Assembly (NCBI GenBank): GCA_029983595.1
Contig: JASBZD010000001.1
Span: 1 to 63,665 of the forward strand
DNA: 63,665 nucleotides
Direction: 5' to 3'
From: Peptoniphilaceae bacterium
GTDB lineage: Bacteria > Bacillota > Clostridia > Tissierellales > Peptoniphilaceae
Part shown: positions 31,697-45,560 of the stretch, one piece after another
How positions within the stretch are numbered: position 1 is the stretch's first letter
Layout: each line of letters opens with the position of its first letter
Notes under the pieces: model-generated
The model's database searches: none
Told to the model about the DNA's origin: nothing
Seen by the model: only the letters and a program-made list of their open reading frames with translations
Position numbers and translations under genes: made by a program

Positions 31697-33070
31697 ATGG
31701 ATAATACAGAGTTTTTTGGTGCTTTAGAGGAACTTTCTAAAGAAAAAGGCATCTCACCCGATATAATATTTGAGGCGATTGAGGCAGCATTAATTTCTAG
31801 TTACAAAAAAAATTATGGAACAAATCAAAATGTATTTGTAAATATCGATCGCGATACGGGAAGTATGGATATTTATGCTGAATATTTGGTAGTTGACGAA
31901 TTAGAAGATGAAGCGACAGAAATATCACTAGAAGATGCTAGAAAAATTGATCACAATTATGAAGTTGGTGAGACACTTAGAAAGAATGTAACTCCTTCAG
32001 AATTTGGTAGAATTGCTGCTCAGACTGCTAAACAAGTAGTAGTTCAAAGGCTTAAGGATGCTGAAAGAGATGTAATTTATTCTAACTATGTAGATAAAGA
32101 AAACGAGCTTTTAACTGGAATTGTACAGAGAGTTTCTAAAAATATAGTTTATTTTGATTTAGGAAAAACTGAAGCTATTATGAAACCTTCTGAACAAATT
32201 GAAGGAGAAAAATACAATCCTGGGGATAGGCTTAAACTTTATGTAGGTGAAGTAAAAAAATCTCCTAAAGGGCCGCAAGTATTTTTATCTAGAACTCATC
32301 CAAACTTAGTAAAAAGACTTTTTGAACTTGAGGTACCTGAAATTCAAGATGGTGTAGTTGAAATTTTCTCTATAGCCAGAGAAGCAGGATCTCGTACAAA
32401 AATAGCTGTTTTTTCTAAGGACGAGAACGTTGATCCATTAGGAGCATGTGTAGGATTTAAAGGTCAGAGGGTAAATGCTATAGTAGATGAGCTTTCTAAT
32501 GAAAAAATAGATATAGTCATTTGGTCAAAAAATATTAGACAATTTATAGCAAATTCTTTAAGCCCATCAGATGTAGTAGAAGTTGTAGCTGATATAAAAG
32601 AGAAGTCTGCATTAGTAATTGTTCCTGATAATCAGCTTTCATTAGCAATTGGTAAAGAAGGACAAAATGCTAGACTTGCTGCAAAACTTACTAACTGGAA
32701 AATAGATATAAAAAGTGAATCTCAGTTTGATGAATACTATGAAAGCCTATCTGAAGAGGAAGAAGATTATCTAAATGAACTTATGAATCTTAATTCTGAA
32801 GAGCTAAATAGAGAAATTAAAAACTTTGAAGCTGAGAGTATAATAGAAGATTCTGATGAATTAGTAGCTATAAATTATGATGATGAAGTAGAAATTAAAG
32901 ATGAATCTAATAATGAAACTTTAAATTTTAATAGTGAAGAAGATTTAGATGTAGTAACAAATGACGATATTGATACTATTGAAGAAATAGAAGATGAATT
33001 TAGTAAAAGTATAAATAATGATGATATAGAAAAATACTTTGACGAAGCTAAAGAAAATGGGGAAAATTAA
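31697..33070 (+). CDS. nusA: transcription factor NusA with acidic C-terminal tail
   Basis: FGRIAAQTAKQ, LFELEVPEI, AREAGSRTK, AIGKEGQNARLAAKLT. Confidence 0.97.
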   Translation: MDNTEFFGALEELSKEKGISPDIIFEAIEAALISSYKKNYGTNQNVFVNIDRDTGSMDIYAEYLVVDELEDEATEISLEDARKIDHNYEVGETLRKNVTPSEFGRIAAQTAKQVVVQRLKDAERDVIYSNYVDKENELLTGIVQRVSKNIVYFDLGKTEAIMKPSEQIEGEKYNPGDRLKLYVGEVKKSPKGPQVFLSRTHPNLVKRLFELEVPEIQDGVVEIFSIAREAGSRTKIAVFSKDENVDPLGACVGFKGQRVNAIVDELSNEKIDIVIWSKNIRQFIANSLSPSDVVEVVADIKEKSALVIVPDNQLSLAIGKEGQNARLAAKLTNWKIDIKSESQFDEYYESLSEEEEDYLNELMNLNSEELNREIKNFEAESIIEDSDELVAINYDDEVEIKDESNNETLNFNSEEDLDVVTNDDIDTIEEIEDEFSKSINNDDIEKYFDEAKENGEN

Positions 33071-33333
33071 TGAAACAGAAAAAAGCCCCTATGCGTAAGT
33101 GTGTTGGATGTGGTGAGCAGAAATCCAAGAAAGAACTTATTCGAATAGTAAAAAATAATGAAGATGAAATTTTTGTTGATGATACATCTAAGGCTAATGG
33201 CAGAGGCGTATATATTTGTAACAATGTAGATTGTTTTGAAAAAGCGCACGCCAATAAACAACTTGAAAGAAGTTTAAAATGTAGAATAAATGAGGATTTA
33301 TACGATGAATTAAAAACTAAGATAGATAAATAA
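33070..33333 (+). CDS. ylxR: YlxR (RnpM) family RNA-binding protein
   Basis: [23 protein letters not shown]. Confidence 0.93.
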   Translation: MKQKKAPMRKCVGCGEQKSKKELIRIVKNNEDEIFVDDTSKANGRGVYICNNVDCFEKAHANKQLERSLKCRINEDLYDELKTKIDK

Positions 33334-33349
33334 AACGGAGGTGTCTTAT

Positions 33350-35821
33350 TTGAGAGTACATGAAATCGCAACCAAAACTGGTCTAGATAAAAGAAAAGTG
33401 GTTCAAATAGGAAAGGATTTAGGTCTTGATGTAAAAAACCCAATGACTAACCTATCTGATGATGATGCTAACAAGATTTTTGAAGCTATTAAATCTAATA
33501 ACAATAAAAAACAAGAGAGTAAAAAACCTAGTCCAAGAGTTGATGTCCAAAAAATAGAAAAAAAGCTTCAAGAAGAAGAAAAGATTAAACTTGAAGAAGA
33601 GAGAAAACAAAAAGAAAAACAAGAAAAAGAAAGACAGGAAAGAGAAGAAAGACAAAGAAAAGAAAAAGAGCTTAATGATAAGAAATTGATAGAATCAAAA
33701 AACAAAGAAAAAACTGATAATAGACCAGCTCAAAAAAGACAAAATAATAAAACAGAAAATAAAGAAGAAAATAAAAATAATAATAACCAAAGATCTAGAG
33801 ATAACAAATCTTCATCTGATAATAGAAATTCTAGATCTAGAAATAGAAACTTTAACAAGCAAGTAGAACCTGAAACTATTCCAGTAGAAAATAAAGATAA
33901 GAAACCTAATAAAAAGAGAAGAAAGAATTCTTCTAATGAAGATAGAAAATATAATGACAATATACCAAGTAACAATAAATTTACTAGAGATTTAACTAAA
34001 AAAACTGGTAATACTGTTTCTAAAAATAAAGCTCAAAATAGAAAAGAGAAAAAATCTGACGAAAATAAAGTTTATAAAGTAGAATTCCCAACTACTGTAA
34101 AAGATTTTGCTAACTCAGTAGAACTTACTGCTTCTGAAGTAATTATGAAGCTTATGGGAATGGGCGTAATGGCAACAATTAATGAGAACTTAGATGAAGA
34201 TATTGTTGAGCTATTAGCATTAGAATTCGGAATTGAGATTGAGACTCCAGAACCTGAAGAACAAGTTCCGATAGAAGAAAGATATAATTTAATTGAAGAA
34301 GATGATGAAAAAGATCTTAAAACTAGACCACCAGTAGTTACTGTTATGGGGCATGTTGACCATGGGAAAACTTCTCTACTAGATAAAATAAGATCTGCTT
34401 CAGTACAAACTGGAGAAGCAGGAGGAATTACTCAACATATTGGTGCTTACACTGTAAGAGTAAATGACGATAAAATCACTTTCTTAGATACACCTGGCCA
34501 CGAGGCTTTTACAATGATGCGTATGAGAGGTGCACAGGTTACTGATATTGCGATACTTGTAGTGGCTGCTGATGATGGTGTTATGCCACAGACTATAGAA
34601 GCTATAAGTCATGCAAAAGCTGCTGATGTGCCTATTATTGTTGCTATAAATAAGATGGATAAACCTGAAGCTAATCCTGATAGAATTAAACAAGAACTAG
34701 TTGAGCATGATTTAGTTCCTGAGGATTGGGGCGGAGATACTATTGTAGTTCCAGTTTCAGCAAGAACTGGTGACGGAATAGATAATCTATTAGAAATGGT
34801 CTTATTATTAGCTGAAGTACAAGATCTTAAAGCTAATCCTGATAAAAATGCTGTCTGCTCTATTATTGAAGCAAAACTTGATAAGGGTAAAGGCCCTGTT
34901 GCCAGTGTATTAGTACAAAGTGGTACGCTTAGAGTAGGAGATAACGTAGCTTCTGGCTCTACATCAGGAAGAATTAGGGCTATGATAAATGATAAAGGAA
35001 AAAATGTAAAAAAAGCTACGCCTGCTATGCCTGTAGAAATCCAAGGACTTTCATCCGTTCCTAACGCTGGTGACTTATTATACCAATTTGATGATGAAAA
35101 AACTGCTAGAAATTTTGCAGCAGAAAATGAAGAAGCAGAAAGAAATGAACAACTTAATGCTTCACGTGTTAGCGTTGATGATATATTTAATAGAATTAGA
35201 GAAGGCGAGCTAAAAGACTTTAATATTGTTTTAAAAGCTGATGTTAAAGGTTCTCTGGAAGCTGTAACTCAATCTTTATTAAAATTATCTACTGATGAGG
35301 TAAAAATTAACATTGTTCACTCTGCAGTAGGTGGAGTTTCTGAATCTGATATAAACCTTGCTTCTGCTTCTGACGCTATGATTATAGGTTTTAATGTTAG
35401 ACCTAATAATGCATCTTTAGAGCTTGCTAAAAATGAAGGCGTAGATATTAAAACATATACTGTTATCTATAAAGCTTTAGAAGATATAGAATCTGCTATT
35501 AAGGGAATGAATGCACCTGAGTTTGTAGAAAATTACATCGGTAGAGCTGAAGTTAGAGATACATTTAAACTTCCAAATAACTCTATTATTGCTGGTAGTT
35601 ATGTAATTTCTGGTAAAATAACTAGAGATTCTTTAGTTAAAATTTTACGAGATGATGTAATTATTCACGAGGGAGAGGTTTCATCTCTTCGCCGATTTAA
35701 AGATGACGTTAAAGAAGTAAATAGCGGATACGAATGTGGTATCGGAATTGACAATTTTAACGATATTAAAGAAGGCGATATTATAGAAGCTTCTATAATG
35801 GAGGAAGTTAAGAATGAATGA
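33350..35821 (+). CDS. infB: translation initiation factor IF-2
   Basis: [25 protein letters not shown] 33350 lies 8 nt after GGAGG. Confidence 0.97.
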   Translation: MRVHEIATKTGLDKRKVVQIGKDLGLDVKNPMTNLSDDDANKIFEAIKSNNNKKQESKKPSPRVDVQKIEKKLQEEEKIKLEEERKQKEKQEKERQEREERQRKEKELNDKKLIESKNKEKTDNRPAQKRQNNKTENKEENKNNNNQRSRDNKSSSDNRNSRSRNRNFNKQVEPETIPVENKDKKPNKKRRKNSSNEDRKYNDNIPSNNKFTRDLTKKTGNTVSKNKAQNRKEKKSDENKVYKVEFPTTVKDFANSVELTASEVIMKLMGMGVMATINENLDEDIVELLALEFGIEIETPEPEEQVPIEERYNLIEEDDEKDLKTRPPVVTVMGHVDHGKTSLLDKIRSASVQTGEAGGITQHIGAYTVRVNDDKITFLDTPGHEAFTMMRMRGAQVTDIAILVVAADDGVMPQTIEAISHAKAADVPIIVAINKMDKPEANPDRIKQELVEHDLVPEDWGGDTIVVPVSARTGDGIDNLLEMVLLLAEVQDLKANPDKNAVCSIIEAKLDKGKGPVASVLVQSGTLRVGDNVASGSTSGRIRAMINDKGKNVKKATPAMPVEIQGLSSVPNAGDLLYQFDDEKTARNFAAENEEAERNEQLNASRVSVDDIFNRIREGELKDFNIVLKADVKGSLEAVTQSLLKLSTDEVKINIVHSAVGGVSESDINLASASDAMIIGFNVRPNNASLELAKNEGVDIKTYTVIYKALEDIESAIKGMNAPEFVENYIGRAEVRDTFKLPNNSIIAGSYVISGKITRDSLVKILRDDVIIHEGEVSSLRRFKDDVKEVNSGYECGIGIDNFNDIKEGDIIEASIMEEVKNE

Positions 35822-36161
35822 TAAAAAGATTAGAAGAATAGAAGAAGATATAAAACAAAATGTTTCTCAAATAATTTTTAGAGATATAAAAGATCCAAGA
35901 ATAGATATGCTAGTGAGTATTACAAATGTTGAGCTTTCTAACGATAAATCTCACGCTAAAATTTATGTTTCTACAATGGATAAAGAAAAACGTGAACAAA
36001 CTGTAGAAGGCTTAAACTCTGCAAAAGGATTTATAAAAAGAGAGTTAGGTAAAATTTTAGAATTAAGAATTATGCCTGAGCTTACTTTTATTGCTGATGA
36101 TTCAATAGAAAAATCTTTTGAATTATTTGATAAAATAGAAAAAATAAATAAGGAAGACTAA
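35814..36161 (+). CDS. rbfA: ribosome-binding factor A
   Basis: [21 protein letters not shown]. Confidence 0.95.
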   Translation: MNDKKIRRIEEDIKQNVSQIIFRDIKDPRIDMLVSITNVELSNDKSHAKIYVSTMDKEKREQTVEGLNSAKGFIKRELGKILELRIMPELTFIADDSIEKSFELFDKIEKINKED

Positions 36162-37088
36162 ATGACACCTCGCGATATTATTGATAAATCTGAAAAAATT
36201 GCTGTTATTTCTCATATTAAGCCAGATGGTGATAACCTAGGTTCTTTAACTGCAATGAGTGAGTCTTTAAGACTCTATGGAAAAGATGTGGATTCTATAA
36301 TTATTGATAGTATTCCATCTAATTTAAAGTTTTTATATGGACTAGATAATTATACTTCAGATATTAATTCTAATTATGATTTATTAATCATGTTAGATTC
36401 TTCAGATGAAAATAGATTAGGTAGTGCAAAAATATTAATTGAAAACTCAACGAAAGTTTTCAATATAGACCATCATATCTCAAATGAGATGAATTATGAT
36501 TATAATAAAGTTGAACCAACAAGAAGTTCAACCGGTGAAATTTTATATGTATTTTTAAAAGAGAATAATCTTCCGATAGATAAGAACGTAGCAGAAAGTA
36601 TTTTTACCGCTATAACTAGTGATTCAGGTTCTTTTAGGTATGATACTGTTTCTAGTGATACATTTAAAATAGCTGCGGAATTATTAGAATATGATATTGA
36701 TAGAGATAAGATAAATAGGAATTTATTTTCTTCAAATAGTGTAGCTAAAGTAAAACTATTAGAAACTGCGCTAGAAAGACTTGAGTTTTATAAAGATGGT
36801 AAAATTGGTCTTACTTATCTACTAGAAGATGATTTTACAAAGTTTAATGCTGAAGATTCTGATAGTGATGGAATAGTTGAATTTATTAGAGATATAGATT
36901 CTGTTGAAATTTCTATCTATCTAAGACAAGTAAAAAATGAATTTAAGGGAAGTTTTAGATCTGTAGAATATAATGTTGAGCCTATTGCTAGAAAACTAGG
37001 CGGTGGAGGGCATAAAAGAGCTGCAGGATTCTCTATAAAATCAAATGATATAGATGAAGTTATTAAAATAGTTTTAAATGAAATATGA
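36162..37088 (+). CDS. nrnA: DHH/DHHA1 phosphoesterase (NrnA-like)
   Basis: HIKPDGD, IDHH, DSGSFRY, GGGGHKRAAG. Confidence 0.88.
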   Translation: MTPRDIIDKSEKIAVISHIKPDGDNLGSLTAMSESLRLYGKDVDSIIIDSIPSNLKFLYGLDNYTSDINSNYDLLIMLDSSDENRLGSAKILIENSTKVFNIDHHISNEMNYDYNKVEPTRSSTGEILYVFLKENNLPIDKNVAESIFTAITSDSGSFRYDTVSSDTFKIAAELLEYDIDRDKINRNLFSSNSVAKVKLLETALERLEFYKDGKIGLTYLLEDDFTKFNAEDSDSDGIVEFIRDIDSVEISIYLRQVKNEFKGSFRSVEYNVEPIARKLGGGGHKRAAGFSIKSNDIDEVIKIVLNEI

Positions 37089-37975
37089 GAAAATACAATG
37101 GATTTATAGTAGTTGATAAACCTAGAGATATGGGTTCTACTGATGTAGTAAGAAAGATTAAAAAAATATTTAATATGAAAAAAGTAGGCCATTCTGGTAC
37201 GTTGGATCCACTTGCTACTGGAGTATTAGTAATATGTCTTGGAAAGGCTACAAAAACTATAGAATACCTACAAACTTGTAAGAAAACTTATATTGCAAGG
37301 ATGGTTTTTGGTAAAAAAACTGATACTCTGGATATAGAGGGTAAAGTAACTAAAGAATCTGATAAAAAGATTAAAATTGAAGATATAGAAGGCGTTCTAG
37401 ATAACTACATTGGTACTATTAAGCAGATCCCGCCCATGTATTCAGCACTAAAAGTCGATGGGAAAAGACTTTATGAATTAGCTAGGGAAGGAATAGAAAT
37501 AGAAAGAAAATCAAGAACTACAAATATTTATGATATTGAAATTTTAGATTTTGACTATAATAATCAGTCTTGTAATATAAAAGTTGAGTGCAGTGCTGGA
37601 ACCTATATAAGAACTCTTATAGATGATATAGGGGATGAATTAGGCTCATATGCTTTTATGTCAGATTTACGAAGAATAAACTGCAGTGGTTTTACTATTA
37701 ATGATTCAGTAGATTTAGATAATGATGAAAAAGTTAAAGAATCTTTTTTAGATCTAAATAATTTTCCAAAAATTATGGAAGATATTATAGTTGATGACGA
37801 TACTTTAGATTTTATTTTAAATGGAATGACTTCAAAATTAGATGTTATTAATAATCCTGGAAAATATATAATTAAAAATAATAACAATATAGTAGGTATA
37901 GGGAATTTATTTACTTCAGACAAAGGAAAAATGTTAAAATTAGAAAAACATTTATACAACCATGAAAATAATTGA
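37085..37975 (+). CDS. truB: tRNA pseudouridine(55) synthase
   Basis: KVGHSGTLDP, PPMYSALK, CSAGTYIR. Confidence 0.96.
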   Translation: MRKYNGFIVVDKPRDMGSTDVVRKIKKIFNMKKVGHSGTLDPLATGVLVICLGKATKTIEYLQTCKKTYIARMVFGKKTDTLDIEGKVTKESDKKIKIEDIEGVLDNYIGTIKQIPPMYSALKVDGKRLYELAREGIEIERKSRTTNIYDIEILDFDYNNQSCNIKVECSAGTYIRTLIDDIGDELGSYAFMSDLRRINCSGFTINDSVDLDNDEKVKESFLDLNNFPKIMEDIIVDDDTLDFILNGMTSKLDVINNPGKYIIKNNNNIVGIGNLFTSDKGKMLKLEKHLYNHENN

Positions 37976-38873
37976 TTTAAATAATAATAATATAATTTTA
38001 GAAAAATCTTATATTGCACTAGGCAATTTTGATGGTCTTCATATAGCCCATATGGAAATTATCGATAATCTAGTAAAAGAAAGTAAAAAAGATTGTATAG
38101 CTAGTTCAGTTTTAATTTTTAAAAATCATACTCTAAGAGAACTTAAAAATTCAGATTTTGAGGTTCTAACAAACCTTGACCAAAAAATTAATATCTTAGA
38201 TAAAGCCAATGTCGATTATTTATATTTAATAGATTTTAAAGATATTAAAGATTTAAGTCCTAATGATTTTTTATTATTTCTAAAAGAAAGATTAAAAATA
38301 GAAGGTGTTTTTGTCGGATATGATTATAGATTTGGTAAAGGTGCTAAGGCATCTATAGATGAACTTTCAAATAATCATCTTAATATAAAGATATTTAAAC
38401 AAGAACCTGTATATTATAATAATGAGGTTGTTTCATCAACAAAGATCAAAGATTTAATAAAAAATAATGAGCTTTCTCTTGCTGAAAAACTACTAGGTAG
38501 ATCATATTATTTAGAAGGAATAGTAGACCATGGTAAAAAAATGGGTAGCAAACTGGGCTTTCCAACAGCTAATATAAAACTTTCTGAAAATTATGTACTT
38601 CCTCCAGAAGGGGTATATGTAAGCCAAGTTATTATAAATGATAAAAATTATATTGCTGCATCGAGCTTAGGAATAAATTATACATTTAATGAAAAAATCC
38701 CAAAGATAGAAGCACATATACTTGATTTTGATAGAATAATTTATGATGAAAAAATTTCTATAAATTTTATAGAAAAGATTAGAGATATGAAAAAGTTTGA
38801 AAGTGTTGATGAATTAATTGAGATAGTAAATAAAGATATTTCATATGTCAGAAACTTTAGGGATAATTTATAA
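37962..38873 (+). CDS. ribF: bifunctional riboflavin kinase/FAD synthetase
   Basis: GNFDGLH, VGYDYRFG, VSST, GFPTANI, EAHILDF. Confidence 0.95.
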   Translation: MKIIDLNNNNIILEKSYIALGNFDGLHIAHMEIIDNLVKESKKDCIASSVLIFKNHTLRELKNSDFEVLTNLDQKINILDKANVDYLYLIDFKDIKDLSPNDFLLFLKERLKIEGVFVGYDYRFGKGAKASIDELSNNHLNIKIFKQEPVYYNNEVVSSTKIKDLIKNNELSLAEKLLGRSYYLEGIVDHGKKMGSKLGFPTANIKLSENYVLPPEGVYVSQVIINDKNYIAASSLGINYTFNEKIPKIEAHILDFDRIIYDEKISINFIEKIRDMKKFESVDELIEIVNKDISYVRNFRDNL

Positions 38874-39112
38874 TGGAAATTTTAAAAAAATATAATAGAT
38901 TTTATATTGGAGAAGAAGATAGTCCCATCGCGTTCATTGATTTTGAAATCAATGAAAATATTATCGAAATAACAAGTTTAAATATTGTTAATCATTTAAA
39001 AGGCGAGGGGATTGCTGAAAAACTTTTAGTAGAACTTTATAATTACGCTAAAGAAAATGATTTTATTATAAATAGTCAGAAAGTATTTGTAAAAGGTTTT
39101 AATAAAATATAG
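38873..39112 (+). CDS. small YjdJ-like GNAT-fold protein
   Basis: RFYIG, LKGEGIAEKL acetyl-CoA loop-like motif; 79 aa. Confidence 0.7.
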   Translation: MEILKKYNRFYIGEEDSPIAFIDFEINENIIEITSLNIVNHLKGEGIAEKLLVELYNYAKENDFIINSQKVFVKGFNKI

Positions 39113-39121
39113 GAGTAAAAA

Positions 39122-39823
39122 ATGAGTACACCACATAATGAAGCTAAGAATAATGATATAAAAGAAACTATACTTTTACCTGGGGATCCTCTTAGAGCTA
39201 AGTTCATAGCTGAGAACTTCTTAACTGATGTAAAAAAATTCAATGAAATAAGAAATATGTATGGATTTTCCGGAAAGTATAAGGGAAAAGATGTTTCTGT
39301 AATGGGTACAGGCATGGGTATCCCTTCTATAGGAATTTATGCGTGGGAACTTATAAATAATTATAATGTAAAAAATTTAATAAGAGTTGGTTCATGCGGT
39401 TCATATCAAGAAAATATTGATATTAATGACATTATATTAGCTCAAGGAGCTTCAACAAACTCTAATTTTATTTCTCAATTTAATCTTCCCGGTACTTTTT
39501 CAGCTATATCATCTTTTGAGTTACTCTCTAAAGCAAAGAATATAGCTGATAATAAAAATATTAAAGTAAATGTAGGAAATATATTATCTTCAGATATTTT
39601 TTATAATGATTATCCAGAAGTATGGAAAAAATGGGCAGAGATGGGAATCTTAGGCGTTGAAATGGAAACTTATGCGCTATATGTACTTGCTTCAAAGTAT
39701 AATGTTGATGCGCTAGGAATTTTAACTGTTTCAGATTCTTTAGTAACTAAAAAAGAGATTTCTGCTAAAGAAAGAGAAAATAGTTTTACTAATATGATAG
39801 AGATTGCACTAGAATTAGCATAA
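39122..39823 (+). CDS. deoD: purine nucleoside phosphorylase
   Basis: TPH, LPGDPLRA, GMGIPS, VEME, LTVSD. Confidence 0.96.
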   Translation: MSTPHNEAKNNDIKETILLPGDPLRAKFIAENFLTDVKKFNEIRNMYGFSGKYKGKDVSVMGTGMGIPSIGIYAWELINNYNVKNLIRVGSCGSYQENIDINDIILAQGASTNSNFISQFNLPGTFSAISSFELLSKAKNIADNKNIKVNVGNILSSDIFYNDYPEVWKKWAEMGILGVEMETYALYVLASKYNVDALGILTVSDSLVTKKEISAKERENSFTNMIEIALELA

Positions 39824-39853
39824 TAATGGGTAATTTATTTATCCATTATTTTT
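39822..39853 (+). terminator. intrinsic terminator
   Basis: AATAATGGGTAA..TTATCCATTATT then TTT. Confidence 0.6.
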
Positions 39854-39878
39854 AATTATAGAAATAAAAGGAATAATA

Positions 39879-44028
<4,150 letters not shown>

Positions 44029-44036
44029 GTGAAAAA

Positions 44037-44306
44037 ATGAATGATGAAATATTAAAGAAGATATATAAAAGTGCAGGCTTATTATATATCGAAGATGAGG
44101 CTAAAAATATATCTAATGATTTAGAAGATATAATTTTAAAAGCAACTAGAATTGAAAAACTAGAAGGAATTGAAACTTATAATACTATTAATTTTTCTGA
44201 TTTAAGAGATAATTCTGAGGGAGATACTTTTAGTGTAGAAGAAGCGTTATATAATACTAAACAAAGTAAGTATTCATATTTTGAAATTAAGGAATTTGTG
44301 GAATAA
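44037..44306 (+). CDS. gatC: divergent GatC-like subunit
   Basis: 89 aa directly before gatA; LRD..EEALYN..YF resembles the GatC C-terminal half. Confidence 0.7.
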   Translation: MNDEILKKIYKSAGLLYIEDEAKNISNDLEDIILKATRIEKLEGIETYNTINFSDLRDNSEGDTFSVEEALYNTKQSKYSYFEIKEFVE

Positions 44307-44308
44307 TT

Positions 44309-45559
44309 ATGAAACATGATTTTATAGAAAAATTAAAAAATGATAAAAATAATTCATTTATCAACACTATAGATAATGATATCAACGATGATGATATTAT
44401 AGTATCAATTAGTGATGAATATGCTCTAAAAGATATTAAAATGACTGCTGGCTCTAAAATGCTAGAGGATTTTACACCTAAATATACAGCTAGTGTAGTT
44501 AAAAATATAATAGATAATGGATATAAGATTATTGGGAAAACTAATATGGATGAATTTGGGATAATTTCTCATTTATCAAAACCATATTTTGGAGCTAATG
44601 AAGATATTACTGATAAGAATGCATATTTTTCTAGCAGTTTAGCTATTAAAAATGATTTAGTTGATATTGCCATTATAAATGATAATAGTGGAGTTTCTAG
44701 AATTTCGGCAAACTATTTAGAATTATATGGTTTTAAGCCTACATTTGGAACTACTTCTAGAGCGGGAGTTATTCAGACTTTTAATACTTTTGGTCAAACT
44801 GCCGCTATCTCTAAAGATTATAATAATATCTATGATCTTTTTAATCAAATAGCTAAAAAAGAAAATAATGATCTTCTTTCACTTGAAAATAACGAGTTTA
44901 AAAAAGATATTAATTCTATAGATTATAAAGATATGAAAATAGCTATTATTAATGATGTAGAAAACTTAATAAAATCTAAAGATATTAAGGATAAATATTT
45001 AACTAGTATTGAACTTCTTAAAGATAAAGGATTAAATATAGAGAGTATTGATTTAGATTTAGAGAATATAAAATTAGTGACAGATATTTTATCAAATACA
45101 GAGTTTAGTTCTAATATGAATAGATATAATGGTATTATCTATGGACATAGAACAGAAGAATATAATAATACTACTGAATTATTTGAAAAATCTAGAAGCG
45201 AAGGATTTGGACTAGATGTTAAAGAACGTATAGTTTTAGGTCTAAGTTTTATAAATGGTGAAAATCACGATAATATATATGAAGTAGCAAGAAAAAATAG
45301 AAATATATTATGGACTCTTTTTGATAATCTATTTAAGAATTATGATTTAATAATCACACCTGTAAGTCCATATAATCTTGAAGATTTTAATAATCTTAAT
45401 AGCATAGATGAGTTATTATATAATGATATTTTTACTTCATTTGCTAACTTATATGGTGCTCCTTCTATATCAATTCCGATTAATAGTGGAATCTTAGCTA
45501 CTGCAGGAAAATTAAATGATAGCAAACTAATATATTTAGCAAAGGTTTTAGGTGAGTAA
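44309..45559 (+). CDS. gatA: GatA homologue (amidase fold) with degenerate catalytic triad
   Basis: TAGSKMLE, GKTNMDEF, GFKPTFG..SR, SRSEGFG..VKERIVLG retained; catalytic Lys/Ser/Ser motifs absent. Confidence 0.85.
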   Translation: MKHDFIEKLKNDKNNSFINTIDNDINDDDIIVSISDEYALKDIKMTAGSKMLEDFTPKYTASVVKNIIDNGYKIIGKTNMDEFGIISHLSKPYFGANEDITDKNAYFSSSLAIKNDLVDIAIINDNSGVSRISANYLELYGFKPTFGTTSRAGVIQTFNTFGQTAAISKDYNNIYDLFNQIAKKENNDLLSLENNEFKKDINSIDYKDMKIAIINDVENLIKSKDIKDKYLTSIELLKDKGLNIESIDLDLENIKLVTDILSNTEFSSNMNRYNGIIYGHRTEEYNNTTELFEKSRSEGFGLDVKERIVLGLSFINGENHDNIYEVARKNRNILWTLFDNLFKNYDLIITPVSPYNLEDFNNLNSIDELLYNDIFTSFANLYGAPSISIPINSGILATAGKLNDSKLIYLAKVLGE

Positions 45560-45560
45560 A

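Noticed and set aside
33480..34080. Low-complexity K/E/N/R stretch in infB as a repeat element
   Set aside because: Ordinary variable N-terminal region of IF-2.
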